DNA of 64,000 nt from Streptococcus cristatus (GTDB lineage: Bacteria; Bacillota; Bacilli; Lactobacillales; Streptococcaceae), in assembly GCA_916438405.1 (NCBI GenBank), contig CAKAFB010000001.1, positions 294,223 to 358,222 of the forward strand, given 5' to 3'. Below, piece by piece: positions 20,880-35,386 of the stretch (position 1 is its first letter; each line of letters begins with the position of its first letter). A model generated the notes under the pieces. The model saw only the letters and a program-made list of their open reading frames with translations, searched no databases and was not told the DNA's origin. Made by a program: the position numbers and the translations under genes.

Positions 20880-20943
20880 AGGTCTATTTTATCATATTAG
20901 CATTGACAAAACACGGTTTAAGTTGTAAAATGTTTTAAATTCA

Positions 20944-21050
20944 ACCTTTAAACAAGTCCAGTGAGGCTGCAAGGTAGGAAAAACGGTATAAGGGGCAATT
21001 TGACTGCCTTGTTTTTTGCAAAACCTTGCTGCGGCGAGGTTTTTTCTTGT
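20944..21050 (+). promoter_or_regulatory. PyrR-binding attenuator upstream of pyrK-pyrD
   Basis: ACCTTTAA..AGTCCAGTGAGGCTGCAAGG loop; terminator AAACCTTGC..GCGAGGTTTTTTCTT. Confidence 0.85.
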
Positions 21051-21066
21051 AGAAAGTGAGGTTGTC

Positions 21067-21871
21067 ATGGTTAGTGACAGTTGTAAAAAGAGATTTGGCA
21101 AGATTATGCTGGAGCAGATGGAGCTGCTGGAGCAGGTAGAAATTGCGCCTCAGATTTTTTCGATGCGCTTGAGAGGCCAGATGGTGAGCCAGATGCAGGT
21201 CGGGCAATTCCTGCATATTCGAGTGCCAGATGATAGCAAGTTGCTGCGGCGGCCGATTTCCATATCGGAGATTGATCGGGAGCAGCAAATCTGCCGGATT
21301 ATTTATCGGGTCGAAGGTGGCGGGACGGCCATTTTCTCTCAGCTTTCTGTCGGTAGCTATCTTGATGTCATGGGGCCTCAGGGCAATGGCTTTGATTTTT
21401 CTCCGGTAGCAAAGGGCGACAAGGTCTTGATTATCGGAGGTGGTATCGGTGTGCCTCCTCTCTTGCAAACGGCCAAAGAACTGCATACTAAGGGTGCCCA
21501 GGTTACAGCAGTATTAGGCTTTGCCAATCAATCTGCGGTCATTTTGGAAGAAGAATTTCGTGAGTGTAGCCAGTTGTTTATCACTACAGATGATGGGACT
21601 TATGGTCAAAAGGGCTATGTATCAACCATTATCGATGAGTTGACAGAAGATTTTGCTGCGGTCTATTCTTGTGGGGCGCCCGGTATGCTCAAGTATGTGG
21701 ATCGGAAATTTCACGATCATCCCCATGCCTATCTATCAATGGAGTCTCGGATGGCTTGTGGCATGGGCGCCTGCTATGCCTGCGTCGTTCATGTAGCAGG
21801 TCAGGATGAAGTGGTCAATAAGCGGGTTTGTGAAGACGGTCCAGTTTGAGACTGGGACCATTGTGCTTTAG
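21067..21871 (+). CDS. pyrK: Dihydroorotate dehydrogenase electron-transfer subunit (frameshift near the 3' end)
   Basis: LLRRPISI, GPQGNGF, GGGIGVPP, MACGMGACYAC, VCEDGPV. Confidence 0.93.
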
Positions 21872-22822
<951 letters not shown>

Positions 22823-22873
22823 GCTTGATTTCTCTTGACAAACTTCCCAGTAAATTATAGAATGTTTAAGACA

Positions 22874-22976
22874 AAACCTTTAAAGAAGTCCAGAGAGGCT
22901 CTAAGGCGCATACGTTTAAAATGGCAGATTTTGCCACATTTTCGTGTAACCTTGCTCTCGGGCAAGGTTTTTTCTG
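22874..22976 (+). promoter_or_regulatory. PyrR-binding attenuator upstream of pyrF-pyrE
   Basis: AGTCCAGAGAGGCT loop; terminator AACCTTGC..GCAAGGTTTTTTCT; TTGACA/TAGAAT promoter just upstream. Confidence 0.85.
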
Positions 22977-23024
22977 TGATTGTAATCATCTTTATAGTAA
23001 GTAACAAGCAAGGAGAAGAACTGT

Positions 23025-23717
23025 ATGCGTGAAGAACGTCCTATTATCGCCCTAGACTTTCCATCTTTTGATGATGTCAAAAACTTTCTGGAGCATTTCC
23101 CTGAGGATGAAAAACTGTACGTCAAAATCGGCATGGAATTCTTTTATGCCATCGGTCCAGAAATTGTGCATTATCTGAAAGGCTTGGGACATAGTATTTT
23201 CCTCGATTTGAAATTGCACGACATCCCTAATACCGTGCGTTCAGCTATGTCTGTTTTGGGAACATTCGGTATTGATATGGTGACAGTTCATGCGGCTGGT
23301 GGCGTTGAGATGATGCGGGAGGCCAAAAAAGTTCTCGGTGACAATGCGAAGCTAGTAGCGGTGACCCAGTTGACTTCGACCAGTGAAGAAGATATGCGCG
23401 ACTGCCAAAATATCCAAACAACCGTGCAAGAATCCGTTGTCAATTATGCCCGCAAGGCCAAGGAAGCTGGGCTGGATGGGGTTGTTTGCTCGGCTTTGGA
23501 AGTTGAACTCATCAAGACAGCTACGGCAGACGATTTTCTTTGCGTGACACCGGGTATCCGGCCGGCAGGTGCTGAAATCGGTGACCAAAAGCGGGTCATG
23601 ACACCGCAGGAAGCCCACCAAATTGGTAGCAATTATATTGTAGTTGGTCGCCCGATCATTCAGGCTGAAAATCCTTGGGATGCTTATCACGAAATTAAGA
23701 AACAGTGGAATAGCTAA
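23025..23717 (+). CDS. pyrF: Orotidine-5'-phosphate decarboxylase
   Basis: [28 protein letters not shown]. Confidence 0.97.
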   Translation: MREERPIIALDFPSFDDVKNFLEHFPEDEKLYVKIGMEFFYAIGPEIVHYLKGLGHSIFLDLKLHDIPNTVRSAMSVLGTFGIDMVTVHAAGGVEMMREAKKVLGDNAKLVAVTQLTSTSEEDMRDCQNIQTTVQESVVNYARKAKEAGLDGVVCSALEVELIKTATADDFLCVTPGIRPAGAEIGDQKRVMTPQEAHQIGSNYIVVGRPIIQAENPWDAYHEIKKQWNS

Positions 23718-23764
23718 ATAAGAATTTTAAATGAAACGAATAACAGATGTATAAGGAGTGAAAA

Positions 23765-24394
23765 ATGACTTTAGCCAATGATATTGCACGCGACTTGTTG
23801 AAAATCAAAGCAGTTTACTTGAAACCAGAGGAGCCTTTTACTTGGGCTTCTGGGATTAAATCACCGATTTACACAGATAACCGAGTGACTTTGGCCTACC
23901 CAGAAACTCGGACCTTGATCGAAAATGGCTTTGTAGAAAAAATTCGTGCGGAATTTCCTGATGTGGAAGTGATTGCGGGCACGGCAACGGCGGGCATTCC
24001 TCACGGTGCTATTATTGCCGACAAGATGAATCTGCCTTTTGCCTATATCCGTAGCAAACCCAAAGATCACGGGGCGGGCAACCAGATTGAAGGCCGAGTG
24101 GCTCCTGGTCAAAAGATGGTTGTGATTGAAGATTTGATTTCCACTGGTGGTTCTGTCTTGGATGCTATTGAGGCAGCTAAGCGTGAAGGAGCAGATGTAA
24201 TCGGTGCTGCAGCTATCTTCACCTACGAATTGCCAAAGGCGGATAAGAACTTTGCGGATGCAGGCGTGAAGTTGGTGACCTTGTCAAACTACACAGAGCT
24301 GATCCACTTGGCTGAGCAAGAAGGCTACATCAATGCAGAAGGATTGACTTTGCTGAAGAAGTTTAAAGACGATCAAGAAAACTGGCAAAATTAA
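23765..24394 (+). CDS. pyrE: Orotate phosphoribosyltransferase
   Basis: [24 protein letters not shown]. Confidence 0.97.
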   Translation: MTLANDIARDLLKIKAVYLKPEEPFTWASGIKSPIYTDNRVTLAYPETRTLIENGFVEKIRAEFPDVEVIAGTATAGIPHGAIIADKMNLPFAYIRSKPKDHGAGNQIEGRVAPGQKMVVIEDLISTGGSVLDAIEAAKREGADVIGAAAIFTYELPKADKNFADAGVKLVTLSNYTELIHLAEQEGYINAEGLTLLKKFKDDQENWQN

Positions 24395-24506
24395 GAAGGT
24401 ACGAGGAGGCGGGACTAGCATGTTCCTGTCTCCTTTTTAGGATTTACTTGGCCTATGCTCACTTTTTAAAATAGCAAAAAGTGCCTGATTTTGTTATAAT
24501 AAAGCC

Positions 24507-26046
24507 ATGTCTAAGATTTATCATATCACTTTTTTGATTCTGCAAAAAATCATGCTGGTATTGAGTCTTCATTGGCTGTTTACAGCTATTTTTCATGTGT
24601 CGCAGTTAAGTAGCTTGGCTCTGATTTTGTTTGGAGTCTTGGCAATCCTAGCGAATCGCTATCGGTTTCAGCTTAAAAAGTCTTATCATTTTCTCATGAG
24701 GCACAAGCTTGCCATTGCTTTAGCAGCTCTCCTTTTTCAGCTCATCCTGCTCCTATCGGCTGAGCTTTTGATTCGACGGGATGCAGCGGTGGTTTTCACA
24801 GGGGCTTTCAAGTACCTGAAGGAGTCCTCTATTTCCAGCTACCTGACGCGCAATCCTAATAATCTGCCCCTCTTTCTCTATGAGCGTTTCTTCTTTAATC
24901 TCTTTGGCGAAGCAGCTCTTTGGATTATGCAGGGACTCAATCTTTTTTACGTCAATATTGCGACTTGGATCCTCTACAAAAGCTGTCAGCGATACTTTTC
25001 GCAGGCTACAGCAGATGCGGTTTTTAGCCTTTATGTGGCCTTGGTCGGATTTTCGCCTTACTACATGTCCATGTACACAGACATTCCTCCCTTGCCTTTG
25101 ATTAGTTTGCAGATTTTTCTGGCTCTGAGTCTGTTGGAAAATAAGGGGAATAGTCGCCAAATCATTTCTAGAAGCCTTTTATTAGGGATTCTGACCAGTC
25201 TTGCCTTTTTGATTCGTCCGACAGTGATGATTCTGTTGATTGCTGTTTTTGGAGTTTTGTTTCTGAGACAAAACTGGCAAAAGTTTTTCTTGACTGCTGC
25301 GGTCTTTACTTTAAGCTTTTCAGTGGGCTACCTTCCACTTCATTATGGTCTGGCTCACCAGACAGAAGTGCCGATCATCCAAGGCCAAGGACTGGCCAAA
25401 GGGCCACTACTTTTCATCAATCTGGGCCTAACCAATATCGGTCACGATCAGGAAGACATGAAGGAAGGGCTCTTGCAATACGTTGAACCTGACAAGCGTG
25501 CTGACTACAATAATGGCATGTTTGCCAAGGAAAATGTCATCAAAGAAATCAAGCGCCGTCTGAAAGAATACACCCCGCTGACCTTTCTACAACACCTGTA
25601 TTATAAACACTCTTTGACGGTTGCTGAAGGGGAATTTGGGTTGGCTCTATCGCAGTGTTGAAAATGAAAAGACGCCTTATATTTCACCGCTTTATGAATT
25701 CACAAAAGACAATGCATTTGCTCAGTTTATCCGTGACTTTTTCCTCAATTCAGATAAGGATAGTTTTCGATTTTATTCGCTGCTCAAGCAGGCAGTTTGG
25801 ATTGTCATGGCTTTGGGGCTGGTCTTTGCCCTTTGGAAATACCGACCAAACGATTCCTTGAATTTCTTAAGCTTGGCAGTTTTCGGTGGCCTGCTCTTTC
25901 TGCAGATTTTCGAAGGAGGCAAGACCCGTTATCTGATTCAGTTTTTGCCACAGATTTTGATTCTGTCTGCCCTAGGATTAGCCCAGTATCCACAAGTTCT
26001 AGGGAAGTGTCGCTTTTGGACTAGAAAGAAGGAGTCTTTAGAATGA
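24507..26046 (+). CDS. Polytopic membrane protein, GT-C glycosyltransferase-like (frameshift near 25635)
   Basis: Many TM segments; YLTRNPNN, MYTD, FEGGKTRYL motifs. Confidence 0.65.
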
Positions 26047-26795
26047 AAAGACCTGTTCCTATCTATGAACCGCTTTATAGCTTGAAGCCTATTGCTGAGA
26101 ATATCTGGATTGTCGACGGTGATTTGATTGAGATGGATGCGGTGCTGACAAAGTTGCCCTTTTCAACTCGTATGACTGTCATAAAGTTAGCAAATGGGCA
26201 GCTCTGGTGTCATTCACCAATCCAGCCAAATCAAGCCTTGTTTGACCAGTTGGACGCTTTGGGACCAGTCGCACACCTCGTTTCACCTAATAAGATTCAC
26301 TATGCTTATATAGCTGACTGGAAGAAGCGTTATCCTGAGGCAATTGCTTGGTCTAGCCCAGGAGTGGAAGAGAGAGCAGCCAAGCAGAAAATACCAGTCT
26401 CTTTTGATGAAAAGCTGACGGATGAGGCTCATGAAGCTTGGGCAGACCAGATAGATCAGTTGGTTTTCAAGGGAAGTGCTTATATTGAGGAAGTTGTCTT
26501 TTTTCACAAGGGCAGTCAAACCTTGATTTTGACAGATTTGATTGAGAATTTTGAAACAGAGCATTTTCCAAATCCTTTTCGCAGCAAGGTTTATAAGTTA
26601 GTTCGTGTTGCAGCTCCGGATGGCCAGACGCCTATTGACTACCGTATGACCTTTATCGGTCATCAAAAAGAAGCTAAGGAGTGTTTGAAGCGAATGCTGG
26701 CTTGGCAACCGGAGAAAATCATCCTAGCTCACGGTTCTTGTTTTCTGGAAAATGGCACCACAGAACTAAGAAGAGCTCTTAGATGGATTAGATAG
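26043..26795 (+). CDS. DUF4336 family protein (metallo-beta-lactamase-like fold)
   Basis: PFSTRMTVIKL, HSPI, SPNKIH, EVVFFH..TLILTDLI, IILAHG. Confidence 0.8.
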   Translation: MKRPVPIYEPLYSLKPIAENIWIVDGDLIEMDAVLTKLPFSTRMTVIKLANGQLWCHSPIQPNQALFDQLDALGPVAHLVSPNKIHYAYIADWKKRYPEAIAWSSPGVEERAAKQKIPVSFDEKLTDEAHEAWADQIDQLVFKGSAYIEEVVFFHKGSQTLILTDLIENFETEHFPNPFRSKVYKLVRVAAPDGQTPIDYRMTFIGHQKEAKECLKRMLAWQPEKIILAHGSCFLENGTTELRRALRWIR

Positions 26796-26846
26796 AAAAA
26801 GAAAATGCTTATTGCTTTGTTCTAAGGAGGATATCTCTATAAATTT

Positions 26847-27422
26847 ATGATAAAGAGGAGCTTATTTTTTAATTTTATATACAAAAGCCTTATTCTTCTA
26901 CTTCTGATCTTGCTGACAGTTTTTGCTTTTTCTTATTTGAATTATAAAGGAAGTGGATTTGTATGGGAAGAAGCAAGTAAGGGCGATAGAAAAATCGCTT
27001 TTAATGGAGTTGTTGGTGGAATTATTATTTCTGGTTTCGCTTTTGTTCGATTTCTTGAATTAACTGAGCATATCAGCAGGCATAGAAAATATCTTAAAAT
27101 AATGACGGAGGAATTATCCCCAGTTCCTGATTTTGAAACAATAGAAGAAGAGGCTGACTTTCATGACAAAGAATTAAAGCTTTTGATTTATAAGAATTGC
27201 CTCATTACTTATCATAACTATTTCTGTTTTAGGAAGATGGATTCTCAAATTTGGCAGATTTTCTTGAATAAATATCAGAAATATAGTCGATACAAAGGCA
27301 AGAAAAGCAAGTCTCTTTTGCCACCGAAGTTCTTCCTTATTGTCAGAAATCAAGACTATAGGGAACAGTTTATGCCACTTAAATATAAAGAGAAAATTGG
27401 AGTCGCTTTAGATCTTATCTAG
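26847..27422 (+). CDS. AT-rich hypothetical membrane protein
   Basis: ORF with two hydrophobic segments; no recognisable family. Confidence 0.55.
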   Translation: MIKRSLFFNFIYKSLILLLLILLTVFAFSYLNYKGSGFVWEEASKGDRKIAFNGVVGGIIISGFAFVRFLELTEHISRHRKYLKIMTEELSPVPDFETIEEEADFHDKELKLLIYKNCLITYHNYFCFRKMDSQIWQIFLNKYQKYSRYKGKKSKSLLPPKFFLIVRNQDYREQFMPLKYKEKIGVALDLI

Positions 27423-27488
27423 CTGACCATTATCCGACCATAGAGCTAGATGAACAAGTTCGTGAAATTGAGACGTAAGGAGACAGAT

Positions 27489-28141
27489 ATGCAGCATTCA
27501 GCTTGGCATGCTTTGATTAAGGAGCAACTGCCAGAAGGTTATTTTGCAAAAATCAATCATTTTTTAGACGAGGTGTATGCTTCGGGGACCATTTATCCAC
27601 CTAGGGAAAAGGTGTTTAATGCGATTCAGACGACGGATTTAGCGGATGTTAAGGTGGTTATTTTGGGGCAGGATCCCTACCACGGACCGAGACAGGCACA
27701 GGGCTTGAGTTTTTCGGTGCCTGATGACATTCCGGCTCCGCCTTCTTTGCAGAATATTCTCAAAGAACTGGCGGATGATATCGGAGTGAAGGAGTCGCAT
27801 GATCTGACTTCCTGGGCTCAGCAAGGGGTTCTTTTGCTCAATGCCGGTCTGACAGTGCCTGCTGGTCAGGCTAATGCGCATGCCGGCTTAATCTGGGAGC
27901 CTTTTACAGATGCTATTATCAAGGTCGTCAATGAGAAGACTGATCCAGTTGTCTTTATCCTATGGGGGTCTTACGCTCGCAAGAAAAAGCCCTGATTAGC
28001 AATTCCCAACATTTGATTATCGAGTCGGCTCACCCAAGTCCGCTGTCTGCGTATCGTGGTTTCTTTGGCAGCAAACCCTTTTCACGGACCAATGATTTCT
28101 TAGTGGCTAAGGGCTTGGAGCCAATTGATTGGTTAGCATAG
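27489..28141 (+). CDS. ung: Uracil-DNA glycosylase (frameshift near 27990)
   Basis: GQDPYH, PPSLQNI, GVLLLN, HPSPLS in the shifted frame. Confidence 0.95.
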
Positions 28142-28149
28142 GAGGTAGT

Positions 28150-28614
28150 ATGGTTCAGTTAGCAACGATTTGTTATATTGATAATGGGCGGGAATTTCTC
28201 ATGCTGCACCGCAACAAAAAGCCAAATGATGTTCATGCTGGGAAGTGGATTGGTGTCGGCGGCAAGCTAGAGCGTGGAGAAACCCCGCAGGAATGCGCGG
28301 CACGCGAGATTCTAGAGGAAACAGGACTAAAGGCCAAGCCTGTCCTAAAAGGTGTTATTACTTTTCCAGAATTCACTCCCGACTTGGACTGGTACACCTA
28401 TGTCTTCAAGGTGACGGAGTTTGAAGGAGAGTTGATTGATTGCAATGAAGGGACGCTGGAATGGGTGCCTTACGATCAAGTTCTTTCAAAGCCGACTTGG
28501 GAAGGCGATCATACCTTTGTTGAGTGGCTTTTAGAAGACAAGCCTTTCTTTTCAGCCAAATTTGTTTATGATGGTGATAAACTGCTCGACACGCAGGTCG
28601 ATTTTTACGAATAA
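28150..28614 (+). CDS. mutX: 8-oxo-dGTPase (Nudix)
   Basis: Nudix box GGKLERGETPQECAAREILEETG. Confidence 0.92.
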   Translation: MVQLATICYIDNGREFLMLHRNKKPNDVHAGKWIGVGGKLERGETPQECAAREILEETGLKAKPVLKGVITFPEFTPDLDWYTYVFKVTEFEGELIDCNEGTLEWVPYDQVLSKPTWEGDHTFVEWLLEDKPFFSAKFVYDGDKLLDTQVDFYE

Positions 28615-28626
28615 AGGAGATACAAA

Positions 28627-29894
28627 ATGCTACTAATCAAGAATGGCCGTGTAATGGATCCTAAGTCTGGTCTGGATCAAGTGTGCGATGTGCTGGTGGA
28701 GGGCAAGAAAATTGTCAAAATTGGCCAAATCTGGAAGCGGCTGATGCCCAAGTCCTAGATGCTAGTGGTTTGGTCGTTGCCCCCGGTCTGGTTGACATTC
28801 ACGTTCACTTCCGGGAGCCAGGCCAGACTCATAAGGAAGATATTCATACGGGGGCTTTGGCAGCAGCAGCAGGTGGCTTTACGACAGTTGTTATGATGGC
28901 CAATACCAATCCGACCATCTCTACAGTTGAAACCCTGCAGGAAGTGCTGGAGTCTGCTAGTCGTGAAAATATCCATATCAAGTCCGTCGCGACCATTACT
29001 GAGAATTTCGATGGTCAGCATTTGACAGATTTCCAAGGTCTCTTGGCAGCAGGTGCAGTAGGTTTTTCTGATGACGGAATTCCGCTGACCAACGCTGGCA
29101 TTGTCCGCCAAGCCCTGATCGAAGCACGTAAAAACGATACCTTTATCAGTTTGCATGAGGAAGATCCAAATCTGAATGGCATACTTGGTTTCAACGAGCA
29201 TATCGCTAAAGAGCATTTTCATATCTGTGGCGCGACAGGTGTGGCCGAATACAGTATGATTGCCCGCGATGTCATGATTGCTTATGATGCCAAGGCTCAT
29301 GTCCATATCCAGCATTTGTCCAAGGCAGAAAGTGTCAAGGTTGTCGAGTTTGCCCAAAAACTAGGCGCTCAAGTCACCGCTGAAGCAGCACCTCAGCACT
29401 TCTCTAAGACAGAAGCATTGCTATTGACCAAGGGCAGTAATGCTAAGATGAATCCGCCTCTGCGCTTAGAATCGGACCGTCTGGCCGTTATCGAAGGGCT
29501 CAAGTCTGGTGTTATTTCTGTCATTGCAACGGACCATGCTCCACATCACGCTGATGAGAAAAATGTTGAAGACATCACTAAAGCACCTTCTGGTATGACT
29601 GGCCTTGAGACTTCGCTTTCTCTGGGGCTGACCTACTTGGTTGAGGCTGGTCATCTGAGCTTGATGGAACTTTTGGAGAAAATGACAGTCAATCCAGCTC
29701 AGTTGTATGGTTTTGATACTGGTTTTCTAGCCGAAGAAGGCCCAGCTGACATCACTATTTTCGATCCTAAGGCTGACCGTTTGGTCTCCGATCATTTTGC
29801 CTCCAAGGCAGCCAATTCACCTTTTGTTGGTGAAGAGCTGAAAGGCCAAGTCAAATATACCATCTGCGATGGAGAAATCGTCTTCCAAGCCTAG
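28627..29894 (+). CDS. pyrC: Dihydroorotase (frameshift near 28725)
   Basis: [24 protein letters not shown]. Confidence 0.95.
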
Positions 29895-30035
29895 TAGATA
29901 TTCATAGAAAGTCAACGTTCCATGTCATTTTGGAACGTTTTTCGTATTAAGAAGAAGGATTCTTTGAAAAGGCATTCCCTTTTTACAATAAAAACAGTAT
30001 AATAGTAGAAAAAACATAGACTGGAGCTTTTATTT

Positions 30036-32292
30036 ATGAAAAAGAAGCATCTTATTTTACCTGTTTTGTCCACGGTTCTGTTGGCACCTGCCTTTTTGGA
30101 CCATCAAGTTGCTGCGGATGAGGTTCAGCCAGCAACTGCTGTAGCAAATGTGAGTGACTCAGCTCCAAAACCAGCTGACACGGATTTGGCACAAGCAGGT
30201 GGAGTTTCTGCCGATGAAGCTAGCGTAAATGCGGCCATCGCAGCTAATGCTCAAGATGTATCAGGAGCGTCTGACGCAAGCTTGCCTGAAGCTACCATTC
30301 TTCATACAAACGATGTGCACGGTCGTATCGTCGAAGAAAAAGGTGTTATCGGAGATGCCAAACTTGCAACGGTTATCAAGGAAGAACGTGCGAAATCCTC
30401 AAACACTGGTTGTAGATGCAGGAGATGCTTTTCAAGGTCTGCCAATTTCTAACAGCTCCAAAGGGGAAGAACGCGCGAAGATCCTCAATGAAATCGGCTA
30501 TGATGCTATGGCGGTCGGAAACCATGAATTTGACTTTGGCTTGGATGAGGCTAAAAAATACAAAGAAATCCTCAATTTCCCACTTCTCAGTGCTAATACC
30601 TATGCTAACAATGCCCGTGTGTTCCAAGCATCAACTATTGTGGACAAGGATAAGAATGTAGAAGGTGATGAATTTGTCGTGATCGGGGTGACCACTCCTG
30701 AGACAGCTACAAAAACGCACCCGAAAAATATTCAAGGTGTGACTTTTGCGGATCCAATCACAGAGGTTAATCGGGTGATTGACGAAGTTGAAGCACGTGC
30801 AGCAGCTGAAGGTAAGACTTACAAAAACTATGTCGTTCTGGCTCACTTGGGTGTGGATACTACGACACCAGTTGAATGGCGCGGTTCTACCTTGGCTGAA
30901 GCCCTTTCTAAAAATGCTAAGCTAAAGGGCAAGCGTGTTACAGTGATTGACGGCCATTCTCACACAGTAGAGTCCACTACTTACGGTGAAAATGTGACCT
31001 ATAACCAGACTGGTAGCTATTTGCACAATATCGGTAAAGTTACTTTCAAGGCCAACCAACTTCTGGGCAATCCTCAGCAAATTCCAGCTGCAACAGCTAA
31101 AAAAGCTAGTCCAGATCCAGTTGTAGCAGAAATGGTCAAGAAGATCAAGGAAAAATACGATGCAGAAAATGCCAAGGTAATCGTGGCCAATAGCCCTGTT
31201 GAGCTTAACGGTGACCGTGAAAATGTCCGCGTTCGAGAAACCAATCTGGGGAATGTGGTAGCCGATGCCCTTTACAAATACGGCCAAACAGGCTTTGCCA
31301 ACAAAACAGACTTGGCTGTGACCAACGGTGGCGGCCTACGGGAAACCATTGCCAAAGACAAGCCAATCACAAAGGGAAGTGTCATCGCTGTATTGCCTTT
31401 TGGAAATACCATTTCTCAAATTAAGGTAACAGGTCAGAATATCGCAGATATGTTTGCCAAATCTTTAGGCTCAATCCTGCAAGAAAAAGATGGAAAACCT
31501 GTCTTGGATGAAAACGGCCAACCATTGCTAGAGCCAAGCGGCGGTTTCTTGCAAGTTTCTGGTGCTAAAGTTTACTATGACACAACTCTGCCAGCAGAGA
31601 AACGGATCCTTCGCATTGAAATCAAAAACAAAGAAACAGGTGCTTATGAAGCCCTTGACTTGGCTAAGACCTATTACCTGACAACCAATGACTTCCTAGC
31701 AGCAGGTGGTGATGGTTATACCATGCTGGGTGGTGCGCGTGAGGAAGGTCCATCTATGGACGTGGCCTTTGCAGAATATTTGGAAAGTGCAGATTTGACC
31801 GCTTATGCAGCAATCAATCCAAATTCTCGCACGATTTCTATGTCTACTAGCAAGGATACAGATGGAGATGGTTACACAGATATCGAGGAAATCCAGCAGG
31901 GCACTGATCCAAAAGATGCCGCATCTAAGCCTGGACAAAGCAATCCAGCAACCCCAACCAATCCGACTAACCCAGCAAATCCTACCAACCCAACTAATCC
32001 AACAGTTCCAACAAGACCAAGCAACTCAGTAGTTCCTAGCCAACCCAATCATCCAGTTGTGCCTGAGACAAAACCACAAGAACAACCTTCTCTTGAGAAG
32101 CCAAATACAGCTCAGCCAGCAGCTAATAAGGCGACTTATCAAGCTCCAGCACAGGTTCGTCCGACAGAACTAGCAAGCAAACAAGGAACTCTTCCGAAAA
32201 CAGGAAGCAAGAATCCTTTCCTTCTTTCTATGTTTGGCTTGGTATTCGGAATGCTGGGTGTAGCAGGTCTGAAAAAAACTCAAAAAGATTAA
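30036..32292 (+). CDS. Cell-wall-anchored ecto-5'-nucleotidase (frameshift near 30393)
   Basis: Signal peptide; HTNDVHG, DAGD, GNHEFD, GHSH; DTDGDG motif; PTN-repeat linker; LPKTG sortase motif plus TM. Confidence 0.9.
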
Positions 32293-32298
32293 AAAAAT

Positions 32299-32474
32299 GA
32301 GGCTGGGACAAAAGTCCTAGCCTCTCAATTGTTTTTTTGATTGTCGAGCAAGACGCAGTGGTTGAGTGGGCTATACTACGCTGATTTCATCAGCATTTAC
32401 AGCCCTACTCAACTGTGCGGAGGTGGGACGACGAAATCGAATTCTAACGAATTATCGATTTCTGTCCCACTCTC
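32299..32474. mobile_element. 175-bp interspersed repeat, copy 2, between convergent genes and overlapping the plsY stop
   Basis: Near-identical to copy 1; flanked by AAAAAAAT and ATTTTTTT. Confidence 0.85.
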
Positions 32475-33117
32475 ATTTTTTTGGATTTTGCTTGGTCAGG
32501 TTAATGCCCCAAGGGATTAGGTTTTCAGTTTTATTTTGAATCCGTTGGATATTGTCCCGATGACGAAGGATGATAATAGCTGCTAAGAGAATGATAATCA
32601 GGGTAAAGAGGAAATCATAGCTAGGTAGGATAAAGCCTAAAGCAGGAAAAATCAAGACAGACAGGATAGCCACGCTTGCAGAAATCACGCTAGCGAGGGA
32701 AATCATACTTCCCAGATAGAGGGTTGTCACAAAGACCAATATCAGATAGACAAAGAAAGCGGGTGAGAAGCCCAGAACAGCTCCAGCACTGGTCGCTACG
32801 GCTTTGCCACCCTTAAAGCCAGCAAAGATTGGAAAGGTATGGCCAATCACGGCCAAGAGACCAAAAATCAGTGGTGAAATCCCATCAATATGTAGGAAAA
32901 GTGGCAGCAACGTTGCCAGTGTACCTTTGAAAAAGTCAATGGCAAAGGTGGCAGTGCCGGCCGTCTTTCCCAAAATACGGAAAGTATTGGTCGTTCCGGT
33001 ATTGCCGCTGCCGTATTCCCGCAGGTTCTTTTTAAAGAAAATTTGCCCAATCCAAAGCCCGGTCGGAATAGAGCCCAGTAAGTATGCTAATATTAATCCA
33101 ATTATCGTGTTCATCAT
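32473..33117 (-). CDS. plsY: Glycerol-3-phosphate acyltransferase PlsY
   Basis: [31 protein letters not shown]. Confidence 0.95.
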   Translation of the reverse strand: MMNTIIGLILAYLLGSIPTGLWIGQIFFKKNLREYGSGNTGTTNTFRILGKTAGTATFAIDFFKGTLATLLPLFLHIDGISPLIFGLLAVIGHTFPIFAGFKGGKAVATSAGAVLGFSPAFFVYLILVFVTTLYLGSMISLASVISASVAILSVLIFPALGFILPSYDFLFTLIIILLAAIIILRHRDNIQRIQNKTENLIPWGINLTKQNPKK

Positions 33118-33339
33118 GATTTTATTATACCATGATTTGGAACGTGGACAAAGGACTATGATAAGAATATTTTAAGTGAATTGTCTAGTCTGACGCTTGC
33201 AGCTAGGTTGCCTTTCTCCAAAATCACTTGAAATCCAGATTCTATCAGTCTTTAAAGGGGATTTTGTAGAAAAAAACTTTGCAAAATTTATCAAAAACTT
33301 GTAAGATAATAAGGATGACTATCATGCAGGAGGTTCCTT

Positions 33340-35282
33340 GTGGCAAAAAAGGAAATCAATATTAACAATTACAATGATGATGCCATTCAGGTATTAGAAG
33401 GGTTGGATGCGGTCCGCAAACGTCCAGGGATGTATATCGGATCGACCGACGGAGCTGGACTCCACCATCTGGTCTGGGAGATTGTGGATAATGCTGTCGA
33501 TGAAGCCTTGTCAGGCTTCGGTGACCGGATCGATGTGACGATCAACAAGGACGGCAGTCTGACTGTCGCAGACCACGGACGCGGGATGCCGGTCGGCATG
33601 CACGCTATGGGCATTCCTACGGTTGAGGTCATCTTCACCGTTCTCCACGCCGGCGGTAAGTTCGGTCAAGGGGGATATAAGACCTCGGGCGGTCTCCACG
33701 GTGTAGGTTCCTCTGTTGTCAATGCCCTATCCAGCTGGCTAGAAGTGGAAATCACACGCGACGGGGCTGTTTACAAGCAGCGCTTTGAAAATGGCGGAAA
33801 ACCTGTCACCACGCTCAAGAAAATCGGTACGGCTCCTAAGTCTAAGTCTGGGACCAAGGTGACCTTCATGCCGGACGATACGATTTTTTCAACGACGGAC
33901 TTTAAGTACAACACCATTGCAGAGCGGCTTAAGGAATCAGCCTTCCTGCTCAAGAATGTCCGTCTGTCGCTGACCGATGCGCGAACTGGCGAAGAAGTAG
34001 AATTCCACTATGAAAACGGGGTTGAAGACTTTGTCAGCTATCTCAATGAAGACAAGGAAACCCTGACGCCTGTCCTCTATTTCGAGAGGGAGGAGAGCGG
34101 CTTCCAAGTTCAGGTGGCTCTCCAGTACAATGACGGCTACTCGGACAATATCCTGTCCTTTGTCAATAACGTCCGCACCAAAGACGGTGGTACCCACGAA
34201 ACGGGACTCAAGACCGCTATCACCAAGGCCATGAACGACTATGCCAGAAAGACCGGCTTGCTCAAGGAAAAGGACAAGAATCTGGAAGGCTCAGACTATC
34301 GTGAGGGTCTGGCTGCTGTCTGTCCATCCTGGTCCCAGAAGAACACCTCCAGTTTGAAGGACAGACCAAGGACAAGCTGGGCAGTCCTTTGGCTCGTCCT
34401 GCCGTGGACTCCATCGTCTCTGACAAGCTGACTTTCTTCCTCCTGGAAAATGGTGAGCTGGCATCTAACCTTATCCGCAAGGCTATCAAGGCCAGAGATG
34501 CTAGAGAAGCGGCCCGCAAGGCGCGTGACGAAAGTCGGAATGGCAAGAAGAATAAAAAAGACAAGGGCTTGCTGTCGGGTAAGCTGACTCCAGCCCAGTC
34601 CAAAAACCCAGCCAAGAATGAACTCTATCTGGTCGAGGGAGACTCTGCCGGTGGCTCTGCCAAGCAAGGTCGTGACCGTAAGTTCCAAGCCATCCTGCCC
34701 CTGCGTGGTAAGGTTATCAATACCGCCAAGGCTAAGATGGCCGATATTCTCAAGAACGAAGAAATCAATACCATGATTTACACCATTGGAGCTGGTGTCG
34801 GGACAGACTTCACCCTTGAGGATGCCAACTATGACAAGATCATCATCATGACCGACGCGGACACCGATGGTGCCCATATCCAGACCTTGCTGCTGACCTT
34901 TTTCTATCGCTATATGCGCCCGCTGGTCGAGGCTGGACGCGTCTATATCGCCCTGCCACCTCTCTACAAGATGTCCAAGGGCAAGGGTAAGAGCGAAGTC
35001 GTCGAGTATGCCTGGACTGACGGTGAGTTAGAAGATTTGCGCAAGAAATTTGGCAAGGGTGCCATGCTTCAGCGCTACAAGGGGCTCGGTGAAATGAACG
35101 CCGACCAGCTCTGGGAGACGACCATGAATCCCGACACCCGCACCCTCATCCGTGTCACCATCGAAGACCTGGCCCGCGCCGAACGCCGTGTCAATGTCCT
35201 TATGGGCGACAAGGTCGAACCACGCCGCAAGTGGATTGAGGATAATGTCAAGTTTACGCTGGAAGAAACAACGGCGTTTTAG
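33340..35282 (+). CDS. parE: Topoisomerase IV subunit B (frameshift near 34320)
   Basis: LDAVRKRPGMYIG, EIVDNAVDE, VEGDSAGGS, PLRGK, DADTDG. Confidence 0.96.
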
Positions 35283-35386
35283 TAATACTTTATCCCTATA
35301 TACTATTTTCTGAATTCATTAGCATTTAATTACTAATGTTTCATAACTTATATAATTTAAGTGTTTTCGTGAAAGGTGTGATTCCC